A DNA stretch of 64,000 nucleotides from Deltaproteobacteria bacterium. Lineage in GTDB: Bacteria; Myxococcota; Kuafuiibacteriia; Kuafuiibacteriales; Kuafuiibacteriaceae. Below are positions 35,491 through 45,000 of the stretch, piece by piece (position 1 is the stretch's first letter; each line of letters opens with the position of its first letter). Both the position numbers and the translations under genes were made by a program. The stretch covers positions 32,001 through 96,000 of the forward strand of contig JAVJQW010000057.1 in assembly GCA_040218735.1 (NCBI GenBank), in the 5' to 3' direction. A model generated the notes under the pieces. That model ran no database searches. It was not told the DNA's origin and saw only the letters and a list, made by a program, of their open reading frames with translations.

Positions 35491-36960
35491 GTCCGTTCCG
35501 CGCAAGACCTCGTGATAGAACATCACGGTCTTCGCGTAGTCCTCGACCCGCACCCGTTCGTTCGTCCCGTGCACGCGCGCGAGGTCTTCCGCTTCCATTC
35601 GATTGAATAGAAAGCGGTAGACGTTCTTCGACAGCCCCGTGAAGTACCGCGAGTCCGTCGCGCCCACCACGAGGTACGGCGCGACCACGAGCCCTTCGGT
35701 CTGCGCGACCGACAGCACGCTCCGCTCGATCAGCGCGAACGCCGGCCCGTCGATGTCGGAGGTCGGCGAAGGATCGTTGCCGAACGACTCCCCCTCGCTC
35801 AGCAGCTCCACCTGCACACGCTCGTCCGCGACCTTCTCGATCACCGCCGCCTTCACGGTCTGCACCGTCTCGCCGGGGTAGATGCGGAAGTTCACGATCG
35901 CGCGCGCCTCGGTGGGCAACACGTTCGCCTTCACGCCGCCTTCGATCATCGTGACGGCGGTGGTGGTTCGAATCGAAGCCGACATCGGTGGCTTGCTCGA
36001 CAACACCGAAGTGATCACCGGCGCGAACAACCACAGGTTCGCGAACGGGATGCGATTCAGGAACGGCATCTTCGGCGCGACGTACCTGAAGAAGCGCCCC
36101 GAGTACTTCAGCGTCGGCTCGAACGGTTGGTCTTCGAGGCGCTTCACCGCGGAGGAGAGGACGCCGATCGCGGTGTGCTCGGGCGGCATCGACGAGTGAC
36201 CACCCTTCCCCTTCACGGTGAGCGACAGCGACACGTAACCCTTCTCCGCGATGCCGACCATCGCGATGGGTTCCTTCACGCCGGGCACGACGCCGGAGAC
36301 GATCGCGCCGCCTTCGTCGAGCACCATGTCGAGCTTTACGCCGTCGGCTTCGAGCTTCTTCGCGATGACCTGCGCGCCCGCCTTGCCGCCGACCTCTTCG
36401 TCGTGCCCGAACGCGAAGTAGATCGTTCGCCGCGGCGCGAAGCCGGCGTCGACGAGGAGCTCGGCGGCTTCGAGGAGACCGACCACGCCCGACTTCACGT
36501 CGAGCGTGCCGCGGCCCCAGATGTACCCGTCTGCGATCGCGCCGGAGAACGCGGGGTGCACCCAGTCGTCCATGGTGCCGGGCGCGACGGGGACCACGTC
36601 GAGGTGGGCCATGAAGAGCACGGCCGGCAGCTCGGGCTCCGAGCCGCGCCACGTGTAGAGGAGGCTGAGGTCGTTGACGACCTCGCGACCGAGGACACGA
36701 TGCGCGTCGGGAAAGCTCCGCTCGAGGTAGGCGTGCAGACCGAGGAAGGCGTCTTCGTCGATGCGTGCGGGATCTTGGTGGCTGATCGTCGGGATGCGAA
36801 TCGCTCCCGCGAGGCGCGCGGCGGCCGAAGACGTGTCGACGGTCACGGTCGGCGCGGGCGGGATGGGTTGAGGGATGGGGTCGAAGGTCGCCGTTCGGCC
36901 GAGGAGCACCACGACCAGCCCGAGGAGGAGAACGCCGATGACCCGCAACGCGCGTTTCAT
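35482..36960 (-). CDS. M20 family peptidase (carboxypeptidase S/PM20D1-like)
   Basis: AHLDVVP, GRGTLDVK, GHDEE, LDEGG, AEKG, GGHSSMPP, GATDSR, HGTNE. Confidence 0.94.
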   Translation of the reverse strand: MKRALRVIGVLLLGLVVVLLGRTATFDPIPQPIPPAPTVTVDTSSAAARLAGAIRIPTISHQDPARIDEDAFLGLHAYLERSFPDAHRVLGREVVNDLSLLYTWRGSEPELPAVLFMAHLDVVPVAPGTMDDWVHPAFSGAIADGYIWGRGTLDVKSGVVGLLEAAELLVDAGFAPRRTIYFAFGHDEEVGGKAGAQVIAKKLEADGVKLDMVLDEGGAIVSGVVPGVKEPIAMVGIAEKGYVSLSLTVKGKGGHSSMPPEHTAIGVLSSAVKRLEDQPFEPTLKYSGRFFRYVAPKMPFLNRIPFANLWLFAPVITSVLSSKPPMSASIRTTTAVTMIEGGVKANVLPTEARAIVNFRIYPGETVQTVKAAVIEKVADERVQVELLSEGESFGNDPSPTSDIDGPAFALIERSVLSVAQTEGLVVAPYLVVGATDSRYFTGLSKNVYRFLFNRMEAEDLARVHGTNERVRVEDYAKTVMFYHEVLRGTDSL

Positions 36961-37114
36961 GGGTGTCGAATCCCCCCCCCGAGACTGCGAGTCAATCGCA
37001 CGGGGGTGGCGAGACCTACGACATGGGGTTTCGGGAGAACGTACCGAGTCGACACGAGACGGCTTGAATCCGTCATGCGGGCTCCGATAGCGTCGATTTC
37101 AGGAACGACGTTCC

Positions 37115-38791
37115 ATGCGCCGCCCGATCGCATCGTTCATCGCCGTCGCTCTTCTCGCTCTGGGATGCCAGGGGAAGATCGGCGAGCTGCCGTACTTGGA
37201 AGGCAAGGCCGAGCGCGAGCGCCCGCCGACGCCGCCCAAGTGCGACGACCCGGGCATCAAACCGAGCGACGTGCCCATTCGCCGCATCACGGACGTCCAG
37301 TACAACAACACCATCGCCGCGCTCTTCAACGGGCGTATCCAACCGAGTACGAAATTTCCGCGCACGACCAAGGTCGCCGGTTACTCGACCGCGCCCGAAG
37401 CCAACGTCGTCACGGCGCTCGGCGCCGAGGAGATCATGCGCGCCGCCGAAGACGTCGCGGCGCAGGCGATCGTGTTCCTCCCGGAGTTCTTGCCCTGCGC
37501 TCCCGACGCCAACGAAGCGTGCGCCCAGCAGTTCGTCACCGACTTCGGCCGACGTGTGTTCCGGCGACCGCTGCGCAGCGAGGAACAGACGCTGCTGATG
37601 GGGCTCTATCGTGACGTCGCGGCGGACACCGAGTTCCGCGTGAGCATCGCGGTCGTACTCTCCGCGATGCTGCAGATGCCCGCGTTCCTCTACCTCGTCG
37701 AGGAGGGCCGCCCGAACGTCGAGGTCGAGCCCGGCATCATTCCACTCAGTGGATTCGAGGTCGCCAACCGCCTCGCCTTCCTCTTCACCGCCAGGCCGCC
37801 GGACGGCACGTTGCTCGCGGCGGCGGAGGCCGGGGAGCTCGACACCGTCCAAGGCGTGGAAGCCCACGCGCGGCGGCTGTTGTCGGACCCGGCGGCCATC
37901 GAGGTCATCAGCGGTTTCTCGCGGGAGTGGATGCAGGTCGACGAGTTCCAGGTGAGCGACAAGGACGCGACGCTGTTCACGGAGTACGACGCCACGTTGG
38001 CGGCGTCGATGTCCGACGAGGTCGATCGCTACGTCGCCCACGTGATGCGTGACCTCGGGGGCTCGCTCTCGGCGCTCCTCACCGCGCAGACGACGATGGT
38101 CGACCAACCGCTCGCGCGCCTGTACGGGCTCGGCGATCAGGTCAGCTCCGGACCGGGCGACTGGCGCGTCGTCTCGCTCGATCGCGCGCAGCGCTCCGGG
38201 CTGCTCTCGCGCGCGTCGGTCGTCGCGCGACACGCGCACGCCGCGAACACCTCCCCCGTGAAACGCGGCAACCTCGTGCGCACGCGTTTCCTCTGCAACG
38301 AGCTCCCAGCGCCGCCGCCCGGAGCACAGACCAACGTCCCCGAGTTCCCGCCGAACCCGACCGAGCGGGACAAGTCGGCGGTGATGGTCGCCTCCGAGGA
38401 CTGCGGCGGCTGCCACCTCCTGCTGAACCCGATCGGAATCGGCTTCGAGAACTTCGACGCCCTCGGGCGCTGGCGCGACCAGCTCGACGACGGCCGGGCG
38501 ATCGACGCGAGCGGCGTCGTCGAGGGTTCGCCGATCGGCGCGTTCGACGGCGTCGCGGACCTCAGCCAGGCGCTCTCCGAGAGCCCCGCGGTGCACGCCT
38601 GCTACGCGGAGCAGTGGTTCCAGTACGCGTTCGGTCGGGCGAAGGAGCTTCAGGACCGATGTACGGTCGCGTCGGTCGAAGAGCGCTTCGTCGAGACGGG
38701 ACTCAGCATCCCCGAGCTGCTCGTGCAGCTCACGAAGACGGACGCCTTCAGGTACCGACGCACCGTCGAGATGCAAAACCGCGTTCCTTGA
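37115..38791 (+). CDS. DUF1592/DUF1588-family (PSD/PSCyt) lipoprotein with CxxCH
   Basis: Lipobox ALGC; IRRITDVQYNNT, FGRRVFRRPL, PAFLY, TSPVKRG, CGGCH, GFENFDALGRWR. Confidence 0.92.
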   Translation: MRRPIASFIAVALLALGCQGKIGELPYLEGKAERERPPTPPKCDDPGIKPSDVPIRRITDVQYNNTIAALFNGRIQPSTKFPRTTKVAGYSTAPEANVVTALGAEEIMRAAEDVAAQAIVFLPEFLPCAPDANEACAQQFVTDFGRRVFRRPLRSEEQTLLMGLYRDVAADTEFRVSIAVVLSAMLQMPAFLYLVEEGRPNVEVEPGIIPLSGFEVANRLAFLFTARPPDGTLLAAAEAGELDTVQGVEAHARRLLSDPAAIEVISGFSREWMQVDEFQVSDKDATLFTEYDATLAASMSDEVDRYVAHVMRDLGGSLSALLTAQTTMVDQPLARLYGLGDQVSSGPGDWRVVSLDRAQRSGLLSRASVVARHAHAANTSPVKRGNLVRTRFLCNELPAPPPGAQTNVPEFPPNPTERDKSAVMVASEDCGGCHLLLNPIGIGFENFDALGRWRDQLDDGRAIDASGVVEGSPIGAFDGVADLSQALSESPAVHACYAEQWFQYAFGRAKELQDRCTVASVEERFVETGLSIPELLVQLTKTDAFRYRRTVEMQNRVP

Positions 38792-38811
38792 GTCATCCTC
38801 GGGGCGTGCGA

Positions 38812-40215
38812 ATGCTCCGCTCCCTGCTCGGCCTCTCCTGCGCACTGGCCGCCTGCTCCGGTTCCACGAACGACGACGGCTCGGATGACGACGTCATCCT
38901 CGGTCGCGACGGCGGTAGCTCGGTCGTCACACCCCGCGACGCGGGCGCCGACCGGGACGCCTCGACCAACCCCCCGCTGACCTCGATGCGCGTGCTCCTC
39001 GGGACGCGCGACATGCTCGGGCGCGCGGCGCCGCTCGACGTCGGGCGTCGCTTCGTCGGCGACCGCGAAGCCGCCACACCGTTCACGATCCGTAACGAGA
39101 GCCCGAACATGTTGACGCTCAACGCGTCGACCCCGGTGAGCCTCGCCGGCGACAGCGGTGAGTTCCTGGTGACGAACCCGGCCTCCACCACGCTCGGTCC
39201 GGGCGAGGCCACGACCTTCACCGTGGAGTTCGCACCGACGCGCCCCGGCCCCGCTCAGGTCGACGTCCGCGTGCATCACGCCGACGGCGCGATCGGCGCG
39301 AGCGCATTTACGATGCGCGGCTACGGCCACGCCACCGGCGGACAGCCGCTCTACCTCGGCGGCGGCGGCGCGTACTACCGGCTGCGGACGCCGTCCGGAG
39401 AGCCCAACACGTGGGAGCAGCAGACGGACCGCCTCGACACTTCGCTCTGCGACGGGCTCGGCCCCGACCACCCGCGTGATCTCATTCGTGGGTTCGGCTA
39501 CGGCGACGGCACGTTCGTCGTCGCGGGCGGCTCGTGCGACGGGATGCTCGGCATGACCCGCGACGGCGTGAACTGGACGACGCAGATCCTCGGGATGCCG
39601 TACGCCGGCTTCTACCAGGACGTCGCGTGGCAGGAGGGGCTCTTCGTCGCCGTCGGAGGGCTCGGCGGCCGTGCGTACTCGAACGATCGCGCGGCGAGCT
39701 GGGTCGTCACCGGTGACTACAGCAAGTGCCAGCTCCGACGCGTCGCCGCGGGCAACGGTCGCTTCGTCGCGGTGGGCAACCTCTTCGATCGCGGCTGCAT
39801 CACGACCACCACCGACGGCGAGACGTGGACCCCGATCACCGACGAGCCCGACCTGCTCGACAGCGTCGCCTTCGGCAACGGCGTGTTCGTGGCGATCGGC
39901 CCGACGCGCTGCCAATGGTCGGAGGACGGCCTGACGTGGAACACGTGCACGGGCCAGGTGCAGTCGACGCGGAAGGTGTTCTTCGCGAACGGCGAGTTCC
40001 TGGTGTTCGGTCCGGAGGGGGTGTCGCGCTCCGTCGACGGCAACGCGTGGACGACCGCGCCGGGACCTTGGCTCGAGGGCGTCGCGTACGGACAGGGGCG
40101 GTACGTCGGCGTCGCCGTCCAGATGCGGGGCTACGGAACGACGGTCGAAGGGATGACGCTCGAGAACGTCCCCTCCGACGTCGCCGAGTGGCACTTCGGC
40201 TACGTGTACCCCTAG
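38812..40215 (+). CDS. Lipoprotein with Ig-like (ASH-like) domain and BNR-type beta-propeller
   Basis: Lipobox LAAC; TLGPGEATTFTVEFAP; repeated VAxGNGxFVAVG and S/TxDGxxW motifs. Confidence 0.8.
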   Translation: MLRSLLGLSCALAACSGSTNDDGSDDDVILGRDGGSSVVTPRDAGADRDASTNPPLTSMRVLLGTRDMLGRAAPLDVGRRFVGDREAATPFTIRNESPNMLTLNASTPVSLAGDSGEFLVTNPASTTLGPGEATTFTVEFAPTRPGPAQVDVRVHHADGAIGASAFTMRGYGHATGGQPLYLGGGGAYYRLRTPSGEPNTWEQQTDRLDTSLCDGLGPDHPRDLIRGFGYGDGTFVVAGGSCDGMLGMTRDGVNWTTQILGMPYAGFYQDVAWQEGLFVAVGGLGGRAYSNDRAASWVVTGDYSKCQLRRVAAGNGRFVAVGNLFDRGCITTTTDGETWTPITDEPDLLDSVAFGNGVFVAIGPTRCQWSEDGLTWNTCTGQVQSTRKVFFANGEFLVFGPEGVSRSVDGNAWTTAPGPWLEGVAYGQGRYVGVAVQMRGYGTTVEGMTLENVPSDVAEWHFGYVYP

Positions 40216-40227
40216 TGTACCGGCACA

Positions 40228-41250
40228 CTAGCGACGAGGAATGAGGCGCGCCTCGGGTTCGAGCGCGACGCCGAACACCTCACGCACGCGCGACTGAATC
40301 CGAGCCGCGAGCGCGCGCAGCGCGGCGGTCGTGCCGTCGCCCAGGTTCACCAACGCGAGCGTGTGTTTCGTGGAGACACCGACGCCGTCGCCGCGGGTGC
40401 CTCGCTCGATGCCCGCGTTCTCGATGAGCCACGCGGCGGAGAGCTTCGTCTGGCCTTCGCCGGCGGGGTAACGCGGGACGTTCGGGTGGAGCTTCGCGAT
40501 GTCTTCCGCGACGGCGACGTCGACGATGGGGTTCGTGAAGAACGACCCCACGCTGCGGCGGTTCTCGTCGTCCGGATCGATCACCATCGACTTCTTGCGG
40601 CGGAGCGCAAGCACGGCGTCCTTCACCGCGACGAGGGTCCGGGGTGTGTCGCCGAGTGAACGATCGAGCTCGGCGTAGCGGACGGTGGGTGCACCGCCGG
40701 GACGCAGCTGGAACGTGACGTCGAGGACTACGTAGCGGTTGGCCATTCGTTTGAATAGACTGTCGCGGTAGCCGAACCCACAGCCTTCGGCGTCGAAGAC
40801 GACGACGCCGTCCGCCTCGCGGTCGTACACACGCACCGCGGTGACGACCTCGCTGACCTCCTGTCCGTAGGCGCCGACGTTCTGAATCGGTGTAGCGCCC
40901 GCCGAGCCCGGGATGCCGGCGAGGCACTCGACCCCGGCGAGGTCGCGCGCGACGGCGCGTTCGACGAACGGCCACCACGGCATGCCGGCGCCGACGGACA
41001 CGGTGCCGTCGGCCTCGAAGCGCTCGGCGTCGAGCGCGACGCGGAGGACGAGGCCGTCGAAGCCGTCGTCGTCGAACACGACGTTCGAGCCGCCGCCCAG
41101 GACACACACCGGGATACGACGCCGGTCCGCTTCACGCAGTGCGTCGATCAGCGCGGCTTCGTCGCGGGCTTCGTAGTACCAGCGGGCGGGGCCGCCCAGC
41201 TCGATCGTGGTGAGGGGCGCGAGCGGCTGCGACCGAGCCCAAGACGCCAT
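40228..41250 (-). CDS. murB: UDP-N-acetylmuramate dehydrogenase
   Basis: LGGGSNV, GIPGSAGATPIQNVGAYG, FGYRDSLFK, GSFFTNP, KHTLALVN. Confidence 0.97.
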   Translation of the reverse strand: MASWARSQPLAPLTTIELGGPARWYYEARDEAALIDALREADRRRIPVCVLGGGSNVVFDDDGFDGLVLRVALDAERFEADGTVSVGAGMPWWPFVERAVARDLAGVECLAGIPGSAGATPIQNVGAYGQEVSEVVTAVRVYDREADGVVVFDAEGCGFGYRDSLFKRMANRYVVLDVTFQLRPGGAPTVRYAELDRSLGDTPRTLVAVKDAVLALRRKKSMVIDPDDENRRSVGSFFTNPIVDVAVAEDIAKLHPNVPRYPAGEGQTKLSAAWLIENAGIERGTRGDGVGVSTKHTLALVNLGDGTTAALRALAARIQSRVREVFGVALEPEARLIPRR

Positions 41251-41321
41251 GGCGCACGCTACCACGCTTGCGCCGATCACGGGCTTGACCGCGTCCGGCC
41301 GAGGTGGAACCTGTTTTCATC

Positions 41322-41942
41322 ATGCAGCGCTTGGTTCTCTGTCTCTCCTTGCTCTCGGCGATGGCCTGCTCTTCCGGCGACGACGACACCGACATCGTCA
41401 TGATTCGCGACGGCGGCGTGCGCGACGGCGGCGTGCGCGACGGCGGCCGAGACGGCGGCACGCAGGCCGTCGAGGTGCGGAGCTTCACCGCGACCTTCGA
41501 GACGCAGGGGTGTCAGGTGCCGTGCGTCATCGCGACGTACAACCTGAACCTGCAGCTCGGGAACACGTCGGAGTTCTTCAAGGTCTCGAAGATCACCGAG
41601 TTCCGCGTGCAGATCGGGACGTTCGACATCAACATGAGCAACCGCGACTGCACGGGCGCGTGGTGGCAGGTCCCGACGCGCGGCATGACGACCATTCAGC
41701 AGATCCCCGTCGAGCTGTTCGACGTCGCGGAGGACGACATGGCGCGCAACGACAACGCGGCGCTGCGCTTCGACTGCAACGGCAACGAGGACGTCGTCAT
41801 CAACCTGCAGTACATGCCGGACCAGCGCCCCCAACGCAGCGAGATGGTCTCGATGGTCATGCGCGGCGAGCTCGAGGACGGCACGCCGTGGGAGGTCGCC
41901 GCGGACGCCACCGCCACCTGCTCCGACGTCCCCTGCCTGTAG
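41322..41942 (+). CDS. Hypothetical lipoprotein
   Basis: Lipobox AMAC; RDGG repeat linker; beta-rich domain with several Cys. Confidence 0.75.
   Translation: MQRLVLCLSLLSAMACSSGDDDTDIVMIRDGGVRDGGVRDGGRDGGTQAVEVRSFTATFETQGCQVPCVIATYNLNLQLGNTSEFFKVSKITEFRVQIGTFDINMSNRDCTGAWWQVPTRGMTTIQQIPVELFDVAEDDMARNDNAALRFDCNGNEDVVINLQYMPDQRPQRSEMVSMVMRGELEDGTPWEVAADATATCSDVPCL
41406..41459 (+). repeat. Intragenic tandem repeat (CGCGACGGCGGCGTG) encoding RDGGV/RDGG
   Basis: Two perfect 15-bp copies at 41406-41435 plus two partial copies. Confidence 0.85.
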
Positions 41943-42061
41943 TACAAACCCTCCATCGAGCCCCTGGGCTCTGGTCCGGACCCGCGCGTTTCTCCCGACA
42001 TCGGCGCGCATGTGTGCAGATGTCGCAACAATCTTACAGTTAAAGCGATAACCGGAGTGGC

Positions 42062-45000
42062 ATGCCTGTCACGACTGGTTCTCGCAACGCAGCGCGTCCT
42101 TCGGCCCCCTCGGTCGCACCTCGTCGGCCCCAGGGGGGCCCGAGCGGGCGAACGATCGAGCTGGTGAAGCTCGACAAGCTCGAGCGCACCGACAGCGCCG
42201 AGCTGGGTAAGACCACCGCGACCAAGCTCCTCGGCACCATCACCGAGCTCAAGGACGTCACCGGCACTGGGCAGGAGAGCGCGGCGAAGGGTGACCCGCG
42301 GGTGACGCTGCGGCGCCGCCTGGTGGCGACGCTGCTCGCCGACCGGTCCGGCTTCGTGAAGCGCGACGAGCTCGAGGCCCTCGGCGACAACGTGAAGGCC
42401 GACATCAAGTGGCTGCTCGACGCCGAGCGCCGCGAGTACACGGCCGACGGGACGAACCAGTTCAGCTGGGCGCAGTCGGTGATGTCCAGCGGCTCGACGA
42501 TCGAGAGCTACTTCAAGAAGCGCGTGAAGTCGCAGCGCGAGCACGCCGAGCGGATCGAGGCGGGCACCGACAAGTTCTTCAAGGCGGACGAAGGTAGCGT
42601 CGTCGGTCTGTCGTTCATCGAGGGCGACGACCTGCGCGCGGGCTCGATCGTCGACGCCCTCCTCCAGTTCCGCGCGAACACCAAGAGCACCAGCAGCAAC
42701 AACCGCGCGGACAAGGTCGGCCCTTCGCTGCTCGCCGAGCAGCGCATCCTCCTCGCGAACAGCGACATCTCGGATCTGTCCGACCCCACGGAGCGCCGGG
42801 AGCTCGGGCTGCTGCGCGCGATGATCGCGTCGCACCCGAACAACTCGATGAACGCGATCTTCGAGGCGCGGAACGCGGTCGCCGCGATCTTCCTCGACGG
42901 CGAGGACGCGGGCGCCGTCTATTCGGACCGCCGCAACGGCAACGCCGACTTCGCGACGAGCTGGATCATCCGCGAGAAGCCGCCGGGCGCCGACGTGTCG
43001 CCCTACTCCGCGATTCACCACAACTTCTCGACGAGCACGCCCAAGGTCATCGCGTCGATGGTCGACAACTGGCTGCTCCCGATCGGCGAGGAGTCGGTGC
43101 GCAGCACGGCGTTCCTGACCGCCGCCGACGTCCTCGAAGCCGCCCAAGAGGGCGACCGCGAAGGCGCCGTGAAGATCCTCGAAGGCCTCGAAGGCGACGT
43201 CGCCGCGACGCTCGCCGACCTGAAGAAGGTCGTCGACTCGGCGCCGGCCGGCGAGCTCGAGCAGAAGGTCGTCGACTACCTGCAGTCGGTGTCGACGAAG
43301 GACTACGGCGCGAACAAGGCCGGCAACATCCATATGGCGGCGGAGCTGTACCGCCACGTCTGCGACGACCGCCCCTCGCGTGAAGGCCTCTCGGAGAAGT
43401 TGTTCCGCGCCGGCGACGCCTGGCCGGAGGTCGCCGAGGTCCTGTTCGCGATCGACAAGGAAGACGACAACATGATCCTGCGCGAGCTGGGTGAGGCGCG
43501 CATCGCGCTCCGCAACGGCATCGCGACGGTGCGTTCGGGGTTCGAGCGGCAAGAGCTCATCCTCCTCGACGCAGACCTCGACCGCATGGTCCTCGAGGAG
43601 CTGGGCTCCGCGGTCACGCGCGTCGGTCGCCACGAGACGGACGAGCAGAAGACGGAGGCGCTCTGGGCGCTGTCCGCCGCGCTGCGGAGCGCCGTGGCGA
43701 GTGGCCTCGACGTGATGCACGGCGAAGACTCGACGATGGCCGATCGCAAGGGCCTCGACGAGCTGCGGCTCGAAGTGAAGAACGTCCTCAAGGAGGGCAA
43801 GATCGACGAGGGTGACTACCGCCGCTTGATGGCGGAGGTCCGGCTCGCGATCACCGGCACCATCCAGGACATCCGTTCGTACTTCGACGAGCGGGCCGCG
43901 GAGGTCGCGACGGGCGGCGTCGAGCTCGACCCCGAGTTCCACGACCAGTTCATCAAGCAGAGCGCCCTGCACTACGCGACGGCGATCGCAGACGTGGGCA
44001 TGACGGTCGGCCTGAAGGAGGAGATCTCCGCGGACCGCATCGCGAACGTCGAGGGGATGCGCATCCTCAACAGCATCGGTCGCGTCGTGTTCTCGAACGT
44101 CGTCGCGGCGGAGAACACGAAGGAGCTCGCCGAGCTCAAGCCGGAGAAGGACGCGCTCTCCGTCGTCTACGCGCTCAACGAGAAGAAGATGGTCGCGGTC
44201 GGCGGGCTGATCGTCGACACCGAGCACGCCCCCGGCGGCAACAGCCACCTCAACATGTACGCGATGAACAACGGCATCGCGGTGCTCGCGCTCCCCGAGC
44301 TGCGCACCAAGTACGCCGAGTTCTTCGAGACCGCGTCGAAGCCCGAGTCGGAGGGTGGCGGCGGCATCTACATGTCCGAGGACAACGGCGAGTTCCAGAT
44401 GCTCACCGTCGCGCGCGCCAAGGCCGAGGGCCTGCTGAAGGCCGACGAGGTCGACGAGCTGCGCCCCGGTCTGAACCGTCGCATCGAGTATCTGAAGTCG
44501 AACGCAACCGGCGACGCGTTCGAGGTCGTCGCCAAACACGCCGCGATCATCTCGCCGGAGCGCCGCACTCGGGACGTGCAGCTGTACATCCCGATGGACG
44601 AGGTGAAGGGCCTCGGCAAGCGGTGCCTCTCGTTCGACGAGATCGCGACGCTCGGCACACACGCGCGGCACCTCGTCGGTGAGAAGACCGCAGTGCTCGC
44701 GCTGATGCGCGCGAACCCGAAGCTGCGGAAGTTCATTCCGCCGGGGTCAGGCGTGACGACCGGCCGCATCCGCGAGCTGCTCAAGGAGGCGAAGGCGCCG
44801 ACGGCCGACAACGCCGACCGCACGCTGAACGACCTGTGGAAGCAGCCGTGGCTCGACGACCCCAAGGTGGGCACCGTCGACGACACGAACATCTACGAGT
44901 CGGCGTTCTACACGGACAAGGACTACCGCGCCGACATGCGGAACGAGCTGCAGCACACCACGAAGGAAGCGCTGACGAACCTGCTCATCGCGACCGACGG

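Noticed and set aside
42025-42051. Sigma28-like -10 element (AGCGATAA)
   Set aside because: No convincing TAAA -35 element at the correct distance.
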